From a virus (taxonomy: Duplodnaviria > Heunggongvirae > Uroviricota > Caudoviricetes): 64,000 nt of DNA. Positions within the stretch are counted from its first letter, which is position 1; each line of letters begins with the position of its first letter. Made by a program: the position numbers and the translations under genes. Positions 47,289 to 57,600 of the stretch are shown here, piece by piece. The stretch is taken from positions 11,884 through 75,883 of IMG/VR virus record IMGVR_UViG_3300048672_001143, one strand, 5' to 3'. The notes beneath the pieces were generated by a model, which made no database searches, was not told where the DNA came from, and saw only the letters and a program-made list of their open reading frames with translations.

Positions 47289-47627
47289 ATGAAAAAACTT
47301 AAATTGTATATGGGCTATGACAGAACCGCTGGATCTAATTCTGGCGCTTTTCTGATATTCGCCAAGGATTATAAAGAAGCTAGAAAAGAAGGTCGACGAG
47401 TTCCACCGGCCATAAGCGGAGTACCCAGAAATACTTTGGAGGCCCGTTGGCTACGTAAAAACTTAGAAGCTTTGTCAAAAAACGCGGACCCGAAAAAGCT
47501 GGCCGCCGGAGAAGCGCACTGCGTTGTAGACGTAGCAGTTTGCCCAGTTTGCGAGCTGTGGGGTGAAGAAGGGCCGAGAGAAGATGGCTCTTGTGGGTAT
47601 TGTGCGCTGGAGGAGTGGTCGTTATGA
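47289..47627 (+). CDS. hypothetical zinc-binding protein (CPVC ... CGYC)
   Basis: ORF track. Confidence 0.3.
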   Translation: MKKLKLYMGYDRTAGSNSGAFLIFAKDYKEARKEGRRVPPAISGVPRNTLEARWLRKNLEALSKNADPKKLAAGEAHCVVDVAVCPVCELWGEEGPREDGSCGYCALEEWSL

Positions 47628-47920
47628 AGAACACGCCTTTAGAACTACAGGAGGCTGTTGATAAAGTAGTAAAAGCTCGGCATATTTGGTTTATGAACAA
47701 TAGGCCACCAAAAGAACCTGAGATTTATATCTACGTACGAGAGGACATTTGGAGAAAGATACTACAGCAAGCGGTTGGGTGCATATCGCCACCACTATTC
47801 GAGGCTTATGAGAATAAAACGATCTTAGGGCATCCCGTACACATTGTTCGGATGCCCGATTCGCGAGACGCAGGTAAAGCCGAATACGGAATAAAAGTCT
47901 TTGTCGGAGGGGGCGTTTAA
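47624..47920 (+). CDS. hypothetical protein
   Basis: Internal ATG (MKNTPLEL) of track ORF 47591..47920. Confidence 0.3.
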   Translation: MKNTPLELQEAVDKVVKARHIWFMNNRPPKEPEIYIYVREDIWRKILQQAVGCISPPLFEAYENKTILGHPVHIVRMPDSRDAGKAEYGIKVFVGGGV

Positions 47921-48019
47921 TGCCTAAATCTTTCTTTGACGGTTTTGTAATCGGTATATCATTGGGAGTTCTAGTAGCTTTTACGGTCTGGACAATTACC
48001 CTTCTTTTAAAGTACTTTT

Positions 48020-48253
48020 ATGTCGTTGCCTGATCAGATACTGAAGCTACCTCCGGCTAAGCTGCTGGAATTGCAGGATTCTTTAGTAGAAATAGGCCTT
48101 GTTTTAGAAATGGGTGGGGATTATAAAGCCTTGATACGTAAGAAGCTTTTACGACATCCAGTAGGTATATTGCGCAAGGTGCACAAAGCACTTCTGAAAG
48201 TAGAGCCAAAGGAATTGGACAAAATACTGGCCGAGATAGTAATTAGCACTTGA
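48020..48253 (+). CDS. hypothetical protein
   Basis: ORF track; stop overlaps the -35 of the next promoter. Confidence 0.3.
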   Translation: MSLPDQILKLPPAKLLELQDSLVEIGLVLEMGGDYKALIRKKLLRHPVGILRKVHKALLKVEPKELDKILAEIVIST

Positions 48254-48278
48254 CACACTATACGATAACCTGTAAAAT
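48250..48278 (+). promoter_or_regulatory. sigma70-type promoter TTGACA-17-TAAAAT
   Basis: Read directly; TAGCACTTGACAC. Confidence 0.55.
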
Positions 48279-48468
48279 AGTTGCATAGTTTAAGAAAACG
48301 AGCTGGGCGTATCCCGGACCCCGATGTCAGGTAGAGGTGTGGGGACATTGAAAAACACTACCAATAGCCGCCGGGTTTACTTTCCTTATGGATTCCTTTT
48401 ACCGGTGAGGTTATCGAGTGGTTCACGAGACGAACCCTAATTTTAAAGCGTAGACTGAACAGATACAC

Positions 48469-48861
48469 ATGTCGATTATTTTAGGGCAAAAACTAGGGAG
48501 AGAAGACAAGCCGTATTTGCAGCGGTGGGTAGTTGGAAATGCCAATTTTTCTATTCGGTTACACCATTGGTTTTACGGGGATGATCCGAGAGCTTTTCAC
48601 GACCATGCCTGGGATTTTATTTGCTTTGTAATAAAAGGCTCGTACTACGATGTTACAGAGTCGGGCGAGGAGTTCATGCCGAGAGGAACTATTCGGTTCC
48701 GAAAAGCAGGGCATAAACACACAGTAAAAACGGACGGATGTTGGACGATAGTTATAACAGGAAAAACTAAGCGTAAATGGGGATTCTGGGTTAAGAATAC
48801 CACAGGAAACCCAATTTGGCTTCGTGCCCGGCGGTATTTCTTTAAATACGGGCACCATTAA
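48469..48861 (+). CDS. hypothetical protein
   Basis: ORF track; about 190 nt of untranslated leader upstream. Confidence 0.35.
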   Translation: MSIILGQKLGREDKPYLQRWVVGNANFSIRLHHWFYGDDPRAFHDHAWDFICFVIKGSYYDVTESGEEFMPRGTIRFRKAGHKHTVKTDGCWTIVITGKTKRKWGFWVKNTTGNPIWLRARRYFFKYGHH

Positions 48862-48868
48862 AAGTTTT

Positions 48869-49001
48869 ACGGGGGTAGCTCAACGGGTTAGAGCGCTGTT
48901 AGGGGAAATAGTCATGAATAAAGTACCCGCGAGGTTCCGGCAGATCACCAGGACACGTAACGAAACAGAGGTTGGCGGTTCGAATCCCTCCCCTCGTACC
49001 A
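48869..49001 (+). tRNA. tRNA-like element with a ~57-nt insertion in the anticodon loop; ends in ACCA
   Basis: Acceptor ACGGGGG/CCCTCGT; D-arm GCTC-AACGGGTTA-GAGC; anticodon stem CTGTT ... AACAG separated by ~62 nt; T-arm GGCGG-TTCGAAT-CCCTC with one mismatch. Overlapping track ORF 48824..49051 judged noncoding. Confidence 0.4.
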
Positions 49002-49023
49002 ATTTCCTAAAGGGGAAAACACT

Positions 49024-49049
49024 CAAGCCCTTGCATGAGGGCTCTTTTT
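49024..49049 (+). terminator. rho-independent terminator AGCCCTTGCATGAGGGCTCTTTTT
   Basis: 6-bp stem plus T5. Confidence 0.55.
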
Positions 49050-49105
49050 AAATCGCTGGGACGGCTGCAAGCTAACGATTACTACAGCCCCAGCGATTTA
49101 AAAAG
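49046..49105. repeat. long inverted repeat TTTAAATCGCTGGG - 25 nt - CCCAGCGATTTAAA
   Basis: 14-bp perfect stem, read directly. Confidence 0.6.
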
Positions 49106-49460
49106 CAGCGATGTGGAAAGTAGACACATTCTTGAAGTCGCGTTGGCGCCTGTCTGTTGAGTCGCGATAAAACGCAGGTATAAACTCGGGTAATTGAAAC
49201 TGGAACGCGATTGAATCCCGAATAGCTGGAGTAACGCCCAGCCTGCTTTACAATCTAGCTTCCTGAACGCCCTTAACAGGGTTATTAGCTTCTCCGGCCT
49301 GAAATACGAAACAGGATAACTGCCGGACGCGAACTTAGCCGCGTGATGAAAGGTGAACGCCTCACCGGGAGACCGCTAAGAAAAAAGACTAAATTAGGAG
49401 GCCGAGGTAACTCTAAACTTGATTTAGCCGGTAGCGTGACAGCTCGGAGAGACGGCAAAC

Positions 49461-49538
49461 GCCACTTTAGCTTAGTCGGTTAAAGCAGGCCGCTCATAAC
49501 GGCAAGTGTGCTGGGTTCGAATCCCCCAAGTGGCACCA
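49461..49538 (+). tRNA. tRNA-Met/Ile2-like (anticodon CAU), CCA encoded; imperfect T-stem
   Basis: Acceptor GCCACTT/AAGTGGC perfect; D-arm GCTT-AGTCGGTTA-AAGC; anticodon arm GGCCG-CTCATAA-CGGCA; T-arm CTGGG-TTCGAAT-CCCCC has only 3 clean pairs. Confidence 0.55.
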
Positions 49539-49585
49539 ATTATTACTGAGCCCGCCAGTTGCGGGTATTTTTATCTGGAGAAACC

Positions 49586-50473
49586 ATGAAAAAACTGCTT
49601 ATCCTGGCCATTTTCTTATCGACGAGTGTTTTTGCGGACGATACGACGACGAATTCAAACAATACTAATACCTCGACGCAGACAAACACCATCGACCAGC
49701 ACGACACTGTGACCAATCAAACTACGGATACTTCTACACACGATTCGCATGCCGTAGATAATTCCGTTGACTCCGGCATTCACACAACTGAAGGCTCGTA
49801 TAATCAGGCGAACCAGTCTACTCAAACGATCAACAATACCAATACCGAAGGCGACTTAAGCCAATCTAAAAATACCGATTCGTTCAACACAAATTCTGGC
49901 AACAGTAACGGTTCAAATGTGCAACAAAGTGCGACCGGCGGTCAAAGTACTTCAGATGCGAAAGCGGGTGCAGCAGCGGTAGCTTTAGTAGGCGCTACAC
50001 AAGTCGGTGTAAGGACAGGGGCTACCCAGGTAAATACTGGCGGTACGAATGTTGCGTATACAAATAATCAAGTCCGCCAAACACCAATGGCTTGGGCACC
50101 CGCTATTGCTATGTCGCAGTCTCAAGAACTGTGTAATGTATCCGCTTCTCTTGGCTTAGCATTTGCGGGCGCAGCAGGTTCGGGCGGTATTCCTATCAAG
50201 GATGCGGATTGTAATCGACGCCGAGATGCTATTTTTTGGATGAACGTCGGCATGGCCGAGACAGCTTGCCAACGAATGATCCAGGATGACGCGAACAGAA
50301 AAGCGATGGAAGCTTCCGGCCAAAATTGCCATAGTGTGGCCCAAGCGCAAATTCGGCAAGTAATGGCCATCCCAAGCAATCTTAATGTCCCCAAGAACTC
50401 CTACTGGGATAAGATGGACCAAATCGCGGATGCGCAAATATCAGCGATACACACAAAATCGCTGACTAAATAA
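49586..50473 (+). CDS. secreted T/N/S-rich low-complexity protein with a Cys-containing C-terminal domain
   Basis: Signal peptide MKKLLILAIFLSTSVFA; ATG at 49586 after TCTGGAGAAACC (track TTG at 49559). Confidence 0.5.
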   Translation: MKKLLILAIFLSTSVFADDTTTNSNNTNTSTQTNTIDQHDTVTNQTTDTSTHDSHAVDNSVDSGIHTTEGSYNQANQSTQTINNTNTEGDLSQSKNTDSFNTNSGNSNGSNVQQSATGGQSTSDAKAGAAAVALVGATQVGVRTGATQVNTGGTNVAYTNNQVRQTPMAWAPAIAMSQSQELCNVSASLGLAFAGAAGSGGIPIKDADCNRRRDAIFWMNVGMAETACQRMIQDDANRKAMEASGQNCHSVAQAQIRQVMAIPSNLNVPKNSYWDKMDQIADAQISAIHTKSLTK

Positions 50474-50547
50474 AGCCTGTTTAAGCTATAAATATCCAGT
50501 ATCTCTTGTGATATACTAGATATTCTTTAAAACTGCCGAGAAAACAA

Positions 50548-52302
50548 ATGAAGAATTTTTTTATAACATCGATGCTATTTTCATTGGCATTTTCTGCAAA
50601 TGCAACTACCTACGGGCCGGTTGAAAACTTTGATACAACCAATACTACCGGGCATGACGCTCACGGCTTCGAAATCGAAGCTTGCGACGTACTGCCGTCT
50701 GATATTTCAAGTATTTTTGGTGATGTAAGCCGGTTTGGAACTGATCAGGTTGAGCGTTACGATGCGCCAACCGTTACCGAATACACTGACGCAGTTTGTC
50801 ACGGTACGCGTGTCAGCTACCGGGCAAAATTTGACGGCGTTAACTGGTCTGCAACCACGCCAAGCGGCGAACTACCTTATGCGCCTACGGATTCATGCTG
50901 GAAGTACGGCGATCCTAACTACAACACAACTACATATCCGTGTGATCATTTTGGTGTAAGCTTTAACAAAGCGCCGACTAAGCTTAAATACGCGTGGTTG
51001 ATCGAGTCAACACCGGGTAACTTAATTCAAACTGATGTTTACGTACCAAGCCCTATTTTCGACATTGTAACGCCTGCAGTCGTTGTACCTCCTGCCGCAC
51101 CTGGGGATGCGCCGATAATCATTAATCCGCCGGTTATCAATGTTCAGTTGGAAGCGGCTGAATTGCAGGCCGGTCAAGACTTTGGTACTCCATACTGGGT
51201 TAAAGTTAAAGCAACTTGCTTGAATGATAATGTTGCTGTTGAGCATCTTGTAAAAGACGGCGCAGTAATGGCTAACATGGAAACTGAGACAGAATGGCAG
51301 ATATTCCAGATCGACGCTGGCAATCCGGCCTCTGCGTTTCTTGATATGACGGCTACAAAAATCAGTAATTGTGCTGCCGGTGAAGCTTACACGATTGACG
51401 TATTTGAATATGCTGGCCCAGCCAAAGCGGGCGGAGAAATTGACTTGCAAGGTGCAAGCGATACGCCCGTTCTTGAACCTCCTACTTTAGGCAAATGGTT
51501 AGGCGCAAATAACGTTGGCGTTAACTACGTCGGTGATGTTCCAGTCGCTGCAATTGGCGGCCCTGCCGTTGTTCCTTCACCTACTCCAGCGCCTACTCCG
51601 TTGCCAACACCGGCTCCAGTCGCCTGCTCTGGTACTGATGTTGCAATTACAAGCATATCGGGAGCGTACCGGAATAGTAATATAGCCTTATTTGATGGCA
51701 CGATAATCCAGGCGCCTTACATAGGTACGGTGGACGGACTTGTGGCTATCCCGCAATTCGGACCTAATTATATACTTAACGGCGGGTTTGCAGTCGGTAA
51801 TACCGTAACTTTTACGGGTACTTTCGGCTCTGCAGTAGACGCTAATGGCGTGCCTGTGTTCTGTATCCCAGATACGGGATCTGATTTTACAGTTAATCCG
51901 GTAGCTACTCCAACCCCCGTGCCTACGCCAGTGCCTACGCCAGTGCCTACGCCAGTACCTACGCCAGTGCCTACGCCAGTACCTACGCCAGTACCTACGC
52001 CAGTACCTACGCCAGTACCTACGCCAGTACCTACGCCAGTACCTACACCAGTGCCTACGCCAGTGCCTACGCCAGTGCCTACGCCAGCCCCGGTATCCTG
52101 TGTAATAGCCGGTGCAAAAGTTGAAGGTAAAGGTGCTATTACTGCCGTTTCTGGAAACGTTGTAACGGTAAACGGAAAAACGATCACTGTTTTAGACTGC
52201 GCTGCAGTCGAATGGAATCGTGCAAACCACGCCTTCAAAGTCGGCGATAAGTTTGAATGGAAGGGCTTCGCAAATTCAGCAGTAAAAGTAACGCTTAACT
52301 AA
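50548..52302 (+). CDS. secreted protein with Pro/Thr linkers and a (PTPV)n tandem repeat
   Basis: Signal peptide [19 protein letters not shown]; [13 protein letters not shown] linker and about 20 PTPV repeats. Confidence 0.55.
   Translation: MKNFFITSMLFSLAFSANATTYGPVENFDTTNTTGHDAHGFEIEACDVLPSDISSIFGDVSRFGTDQVERYDAPTVTEYTDAVCHGTRVSYRAKFDGVNWSATTPSGELPYAPTDSCWKYGDPNYNTTTYPCDHFGVSFNKAPTKLKYAWLIESTPGNLIQTDVYVPSPIFDIVTPAVVVPPAAPGDAPIIINPPVINVQLEAAELQAGQDFGTPYWVKVKATCLNDNVAVEHLVKDGAVMANMETETEWQIFQIDAGNPASAFLDMTATKISNCAAGEAYTIDVFEYAGPAKAGGEIDLQGASDTPVLEPPTLGKWLGANNVGVNYVGDVPVAAIGGPAVVPSPTPAPTPLPTPAPVACSGTDVAITSISGAYRNSNIALFDGTIIQAPYIGTVDGLVAIPQFGPNYILNGGFAVGNTVTFTGTFGSAVDANGVPVFCIPDTGSDFTVNPVATPTPVPTPVPTPVPTPVPTPVPTPVPTPVPTPVPTPVPTPVPTPVPTPVPTPVPTPVPTPAPVSCVIAGAKVEGKGAITAVSGNVVTVNGKTITVLDCAAVEWNRANHAFKVGDKFEWKGFANSAVKVTLN
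51915..52088 (+). repeat. ~14 copies of a 12-nt tandem repeat CCTACGCCAGT(G/A) encoding (PTPV)n, approximate bounds
   Basis: Read directly; in-frame within CDS 50548..52302. Confidence 0.8.
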
Positions 52303-52305
52303 TCT

Positions 52306-52340
52306 TACCAAGCTAGGTCTACGGGCCTAGCTTTTTTTAG
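52306..52340 (+). terminator. rho-independent terminator AGCTAGGTCTACGGGCCTAGCTTTTTTT
   Basis: 7-bp stem plus T7, immediately after the stop. Confidence 0.6.
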
Positions 52341-52349
52341 GAGATAACG

Positions 52350-52499
52350 ATGGAAAAGACGGTAGAAGAACGATTAACGATGGTGGAAAATGCCCTGGCG
52401 CAATATTTTGCTTTTGGATGGACTAATTTCGGTGATCTGCCTTTAGCTGTACAAGAACTTGTCGAGTACGTGGAGTTAAGGAACGCACCCGACGAATAA
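52350..52499 (+). CDS. small hypothetical protein (49 aa)
   Basis: Own ORF MEKTVEERLTMVENALAQYFAFGW after TAGGAGATAACG. Confidence 0.3.
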   Translation: MEKTVEERLTMVENALAQYFAFGWTNFGDLPLAVQELVEYVELRNAPDE

Positions 52500-52519
52500 C
52501 CGAAGTACCTTATACATTC

Positions 52520-52548
52520 TAAGCGGGCTTAACGGCCCGCTTTTTTAC
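52520..52548 (+). terminator. rho-independent terminator AAGCGGGCTTAACGGCCCGCTTTTTT
   Basis: GC-rich stem plus T6. Confidence 0.6.
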
Positions 52549-52588
52549 CGCCGCTAGTCGGATACTAGTATCTTTCTGGAGAAATAAA

Positions 52589-54439
52589 ATGAAGAAAACC
52601 TTATTCCTAACCGCAGTAGCGCTTTTTACTGCCTTCCCCAATGCCTATGCCGTACAATGCTACGGAAATTCTAATTATCCAGGATGCCAATACGTCCCAG
52701 AAACTATTCCTACACCAGCCCCCGGTTCTCCTCCTATCCTACAAAGGGCTGTAATACCACTTCCGCCAGTTGTACCTAAGCCGCTACAGAACAAAATTTT
52801 ACGCCCGGATATAAGCGCCTTTAATAACGCTACTGTGGCTACTAACAATTTGCTTCCTAACGGCATACTATTCAAAGTTACGGCGGCGGATTGTAACAAT
52901 TCTATGGTGAACGAGGATATCGCCTCTATTAAGGCAACGCTAATAGCAGGACGTGAAATAGGTAGTTTTACCGATACAACAGTGGCTACCGTAAACAAAA
53001 CTGGCCTATTAGACAGGGTAAGTATTACTGCCGGTGCCGGAAGTTGGCAAGAAATCGTCCGAACGTACAATAATAGAATACTTACTGGAACCCCTATTCC
53101 ACCGGCTGTTACCGCAGCGTATGTAAATTTTTTGGCCGCAGTAAAGACTCTCGTAAATTCTACGTCGTGTTTAGAATATATGGGTCCTACTTCATACCAG
53201 ACAGAGACTTTATCCTCGCAGGGATTAGTAGACGTCGGCGCACTAACTAAGAATTTACGACTTGCTTCGTTTAGTTCAATCGTCAACTCTTTACGGGCCG
53301 ATCCCAATTATAAAGCCTTTGTTTCTACTGTGGCCACAATCGACGGCAAAAGAACGTATGCCAATACTTCAGCTGCTTATGTCGGGCGTTTACGCAAGGA
53401 ATTCAGCTTGATAAATGCGGAACCCGCAGTGGTTACAGGAACATCTTTTTTACATATGGATCTTTTAACGTCCATTTCCGGCATACTAGCGGATAGAAAT
53501 TGGCAGGTGCATTACGCCGTTCCTGGAGCTGCTGGTGACCATTTATACGGCGTAGCCGCAGGTATTTTTGACGCCGTTAATTGGCTCTATAAGGACGCCA
53601 TAGCTAGAAAGGTTCCGCAGAATAGCGTTATCGCCATACCAAGCGCTATGGATTATGTAGAGAGTAGAGCAGACGCGAACGTCGATGAATATGCAGCTTC
53701 AAGGGATATTGTTATTGTCCGATCTAGCAGTAATGTCAATCAAAAGAACGACGAGGCTTCTGTTAACAGTGCACAATCTATATCCGTCGGCTCATCGGTA
53801 AAAGGTATAGTTAGGGGAACAGTAGGACAAAATGGCCCCGACGTAGTAGTCCCATTGGATAGCGATTTACCCGCTTCAGCTAATGGGGGAAAAGTCCCTA
53901 AGATTTTCAATGGTGCTGCAGGAACTTTAATTTATACCGCTCCAGAAAACGTATCTAATAGCTATTCTACCGTGGTAGTAGCGCAATTACTTGGTACTAT
54001 ACGCGAAGTATGTCCGACAGCTTCTGCACAAGAGATAATTAATACTGCATGCGCCGCGGCTACAAAATTACCGCCCCTTGTTGGAAATACTGTTTCAACA
54101 AGGAATAATTTCGTCAAATGCGGTACTTTTAATCCCACATCTACCTTGCTGCAAGTAGTGCTTAAGAATTGCTCTGATAACATTACTAAAAAATGGACTC
54201 CATTAGTGATTGGCTTACGCTGGAATAACACATCGGTATCAAATGCTGTATTCGAAGCTATTAGCGCGGTCTGTGTAAACGCTGGGGGTTATGTGAAGAC
54301 CGAAGCCGGGAATATCGGTTCTTGTGTAAAACTGGTTGACCAATCTGTAAATATCCCAATAACTATCTACCAAACGCAAGCATTAGGATACTACGGGTAT
54401 TCGGCGTACCCAACTGGAAAATTCGCCAGATTCTTTTAA
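52589..54439 (+). CDS. secreted protein (616 aa)
   Basis: Signal peptide MKKTLFLTAVALFTAFPNAYA; leader TTTCTGGAGAAATAAA-ATG shared with neighbours. Confidence 0.5.
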   Translation: MKKTLFLTAVALFTAFPNAYAVQCYGNSNYPGCQYVPETIPTPAPGSPPILQRAVIPLPPVVPKPLQNKILRPDISAFNNATVATNNLLPNGILFKVTAADCNNSMVNEDIASIKATLIAGREIGSFTDTTVATVNKTGLLDRVSITAGAGSWQEIVRTYNNRILTGTPIPPAVTAAYVNFLAAVKTLVNSTSCLEYMGPTSYQTETLSSQGLVDVGALTKNLRLASFSSIVNSLRADPNYKAFVSTVATIDGKRTYANTSAAYVGRLRKEFSLINAEPAVVTGTSFLHMDLLTSISGILADRNWQVHYAVPGAAGDHLYGVAAGIFDAVNWLYKDAIARKVPQNSVIAIPSAMDYVESRADANVDEYAASRDIVIVRSSSNVNQKNDEASVNSAQSISVGSSVKGIVRGTVGQNGPDVVVPLDSDLPASANGGKVPKIFNGAAGTLIYTAPENVSNSYSTVVVAQLLGTIREVCPTASAQEIINTACAAATKLPPLVGNTVSTRNNFVKCGTFNPTSTLLQVVLKNCSDNITKKWTPLVIGLRWNNTSVSNAVFEAISAVCVNAGGYVKTEAGNIGSCVKLVDQSVNIPITIYQTQALGYYGYSAYPTGKFARFF

Positions 54440-54482
54440 TTTTATTGGGCCAAGGACGGCCTTCCTATCTGGAGAAATAAAA

Positions 54483-54698
54483 ATGCCCAACTCAAACAAC
54501 GACGCTTTTTTCGAAGAGCTACGCGAAAGAAACCGGTTTAAAAACGATACCTACTCAAACGAAGACCTGCAAAAGTTAATCGATGGTATGTATGAGCGCT
54601 ACGCTTCTCTTGGGGCTAACCAAGACAAGCACGCGTTGTTTAGAAAGATTTTAGAATTAATCGATGTGCAGATAGCGAGAGCAAAATCCGCTACCTAA
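54483..54698 (+). CDS. hypothetical protein
   Basis: ORF track; same CTGGAGAAATAAAA-ATG leader; stop overlaps the convergent giant ORF's stop. Confidence 0.35.
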   Translation: MPNSNNDAFFEELRERNRFKNDTYSNEDLQKLIDGMYERYASLGANQDKHALFRKILELIDVQIARAKSAT

Positions 54699-57600
54699 TC
54701 CCCATTTTCTTCCCGCAATCTGTTTTGTTCATAGAGGTACGCCAGTCTTGGATTTACGGCGTACCCTCTAATTCCTCTGGCCTGCTCGTTCTTAGCTGTT
54801 CTTACTGCCGATTTATGAATGCTTTCGTAAGTAATTGGCCACGATGGGTGATCTTTCTGCCACTTGCTCAACTCTTCCTGTGGAATCGGTTCGCCTTTTG
54901 TTACCGCTTTCTGGATCTTATTTACCAGTTTAGCGCGAGCATCGGATATCGCAGCTTCTGCGGCTTTATTATACCCGCGTTCAGCGTACAGCACTTCCAT
55001 ATTGGAACTACCCAACCCGATAGCCTGGAACAGTACTTCCATTGCAGAAGCGTCTTTCAATTGCTCCCCGTTCATACTTTCGTACCCAGACTGAGCTAAG
55101 CGGATAGCTTTCATTCCGTCGCCAATCGCTTTGGGCGTAGCGCTTTCTACCCCACGCCATATTTCCCCATCGCCTAGCATTTTTGCGCCATCAGCGATCT
55201 TCTTAACCATGCCACCGAATGGTCCTGCGACTTGTGAGAGATACTCAGTCGCAGCATCTTTCCCTTCCAGGTCTTTCAAAGGCTCTTGGAAGAAGATATT
55301 GCTCAAATTCATACGGGAGGCTAAGTTGACCGGGGTCAACGCATTGCCCAACCCTTTAATAACCGCCGTAGCGAAGGTTTCACCCCCGAGGGAAGTCAAT
55401 CCTACACGAACTTCCTTTTCTACGTCCCACGGCTCATCATCGTCGGATACGGCGTTGCCAAGAGCGTTTAGCACCATGGTTATCGCGCCCATCAAAGGCA
55501 TTCCAAATAAACCGGCAGCCGCACCCTGCATAACAAACAGCGCTGATAGCGATCTAGCTGCTTCTTTCGCTTCTGCTTTTCTGGCGTCGGCCAAAGCTAT
55601 TTCTTCCGGGGTATTTCTCGGCATTTTTTTCCAATACCCAAGCGTATCGACTGCGGTACGACCCCACAAATAAAGCATGGCCTGTGGATATTTTTTATAC
55701 TGCATAACCACGCCAGCTACAGGCCCGCGGAATATGCGAGCCGCGTTTTCAGTCGAGTAATCGCCGTGCGCATCATTGTTTAGCTTACGGGCATACTCCA
55801 AGGCTTCGTAGTGATTTTCTGGATCCCCGTTCAACGCTAAATCATAAGCCGCCAAGAGGGTAATTTCTCGGTTCATCCGCTCACCGTGGTGAAACATCCA
55901 ACCCATCTTTTTGTTGAATTCTTGCAGGCGACCGCCGTAATCTTCCCCTTCACGGCCGATGCCCAAAACATCGAAGAAGTTGGTCCTGGAAACATCACCC
56001 TCTTCTTTAAAATCGCGTAAAGCAGCTAAGCGCCTGGAGATGCGGAGCATTTCTCTAGGATCGCCGTTGTGCGCCCGGAGATAAGCTAATTTTTCTTCCA
56101 TTACCACTGAGATAGATACGTTCCCGTCTTCATCCCGGTAAATGTAATTTCCATTGGCGTCTTTCTTGTTGAAGTTGATAACCGCTTTAAGGAATTCATT
56201 TCTGGTATTTCCAAAAGCTTTTCGGGTTGCATTAACCCCGTATTTACCTACCGCAATGGGCATAGCCACAACGGGTGTTTGAAATAAGTTGACTAAACCA
56301 CTTGATAAACCGAAACCCATAGTCATAACGAAGTCGAATTGGCGAATAGCCGCAGCCACCTGATCCATGCCTGTACTAGAAGTGTTCACCATCGCATTGT
56401 AGGTCTTATTCAACTCTTCGATGGTGTATGCGGCTTTGTGGCTGTTCTCAGTGTTTATGTGGCTAGCAGCTTCTAAAGCTTCCTTATTGCGTACCGCTAC
56501 TCTTTCCAAAGATTCTTCCGGGGAACCTACGGATACCGTATTTTCCCACAACGTTTGCACTTTTCTAAAGCGTTTTACCTGCTCTGGAATTCCAGTAGCT
56601 ATAATATCTGCTATGGCTGCTTCCACTCGCTGTGGGTCTTGGTATTGAGCCCAAAAGCTGGCTATTTTTTCAGCGGTTTTAAGCGCGTCGGAAGCTTCTG
56701 CGCGTTCCCGTGCAGTAGTCGCTTCCGATAGGTTTTTCTGCGCTATGAATAAAGCTTTTGGAACTTTGTTAGCGATATCTAGATGGCTGAATTTATTGCG
56801 TAGCTTAATCGCTTCATCGTACAGATTCTGTTCTTCCGCCGGCGCGTTATCCCTGAGCTCCTCTAAGGCACCTTCTTGTTTCAACTCGTCCCAATTCGCC
56901 CCCAACATTTCAGCCGCTTGCATTTCAGTACGCTTTGCTTCACGAGCAGAAGTTTTAGTCGCTATGTCCAGTGCCAGCTTAGCATCTCGGAGAGATTCGC
57001 CCATGTTACGACCTTCCACCATATTGGCTAATTGGGAAGCTCCGTGGTGGATAGTGTTGGCAAAAGCCCGCATAGCATCTTCATCGAAGCCTTTTGTGCC
57101 TTTGCGGTGCATAGCGTTGTGCCGGACCGAAATATCTGGCAACGTTGCCAAATACATTTGGTGGATCTCATCTTGCAACTCTTTAGAAACCTCGATTGGG
57201 ATATCCGCCGCATCGATTTTCTCGTGAATATTTTTCAAGAAGTTGTCCGATACAGCATCCCCAATCTGCGCGTTTTGCATTTCGCTTAATGAAGTTCCCT
57301 GATCTCTTACCGTTCCACCTTCAGCTTCGAAGTTCTTTACCGCCCGTTTTCTAGCGGCTAAAGACTCATAAGTCATGAACCAGTTTTCGCCTTGGGCATC
57401 TTTTCCGTAAAACCAATGATCCCCGTAACGCTTCAACGGTGCGTAGTACCAGGATAGTGACTGGGATTCAAATTTTATCCGGAGTTGCGCGATCAATCCT
57501 GCCGCAGTTTGAGCATCGATCATCGACTCTTCGATCCGGTGTTCGAGTGCTTCCAGGCGGGCGTTGAATATCTCCTGGTGGAGTTCGTATGTGCCTGAAT

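Noticed and set aside
48824-49051. Plus-strand 75-aa ORF overlapping the tRNA-like element
   Set aside because: Spans a tRNA-like structure and terminator; no RBS; judged noncoding.
51915-52088. Regular short repeats that could be mistaken for a CRISPR array
   Set aside because: 12-nt period with no spacers, perfectly in frame inside a CDS encoding (PTPV)n; no cas genes nearby.
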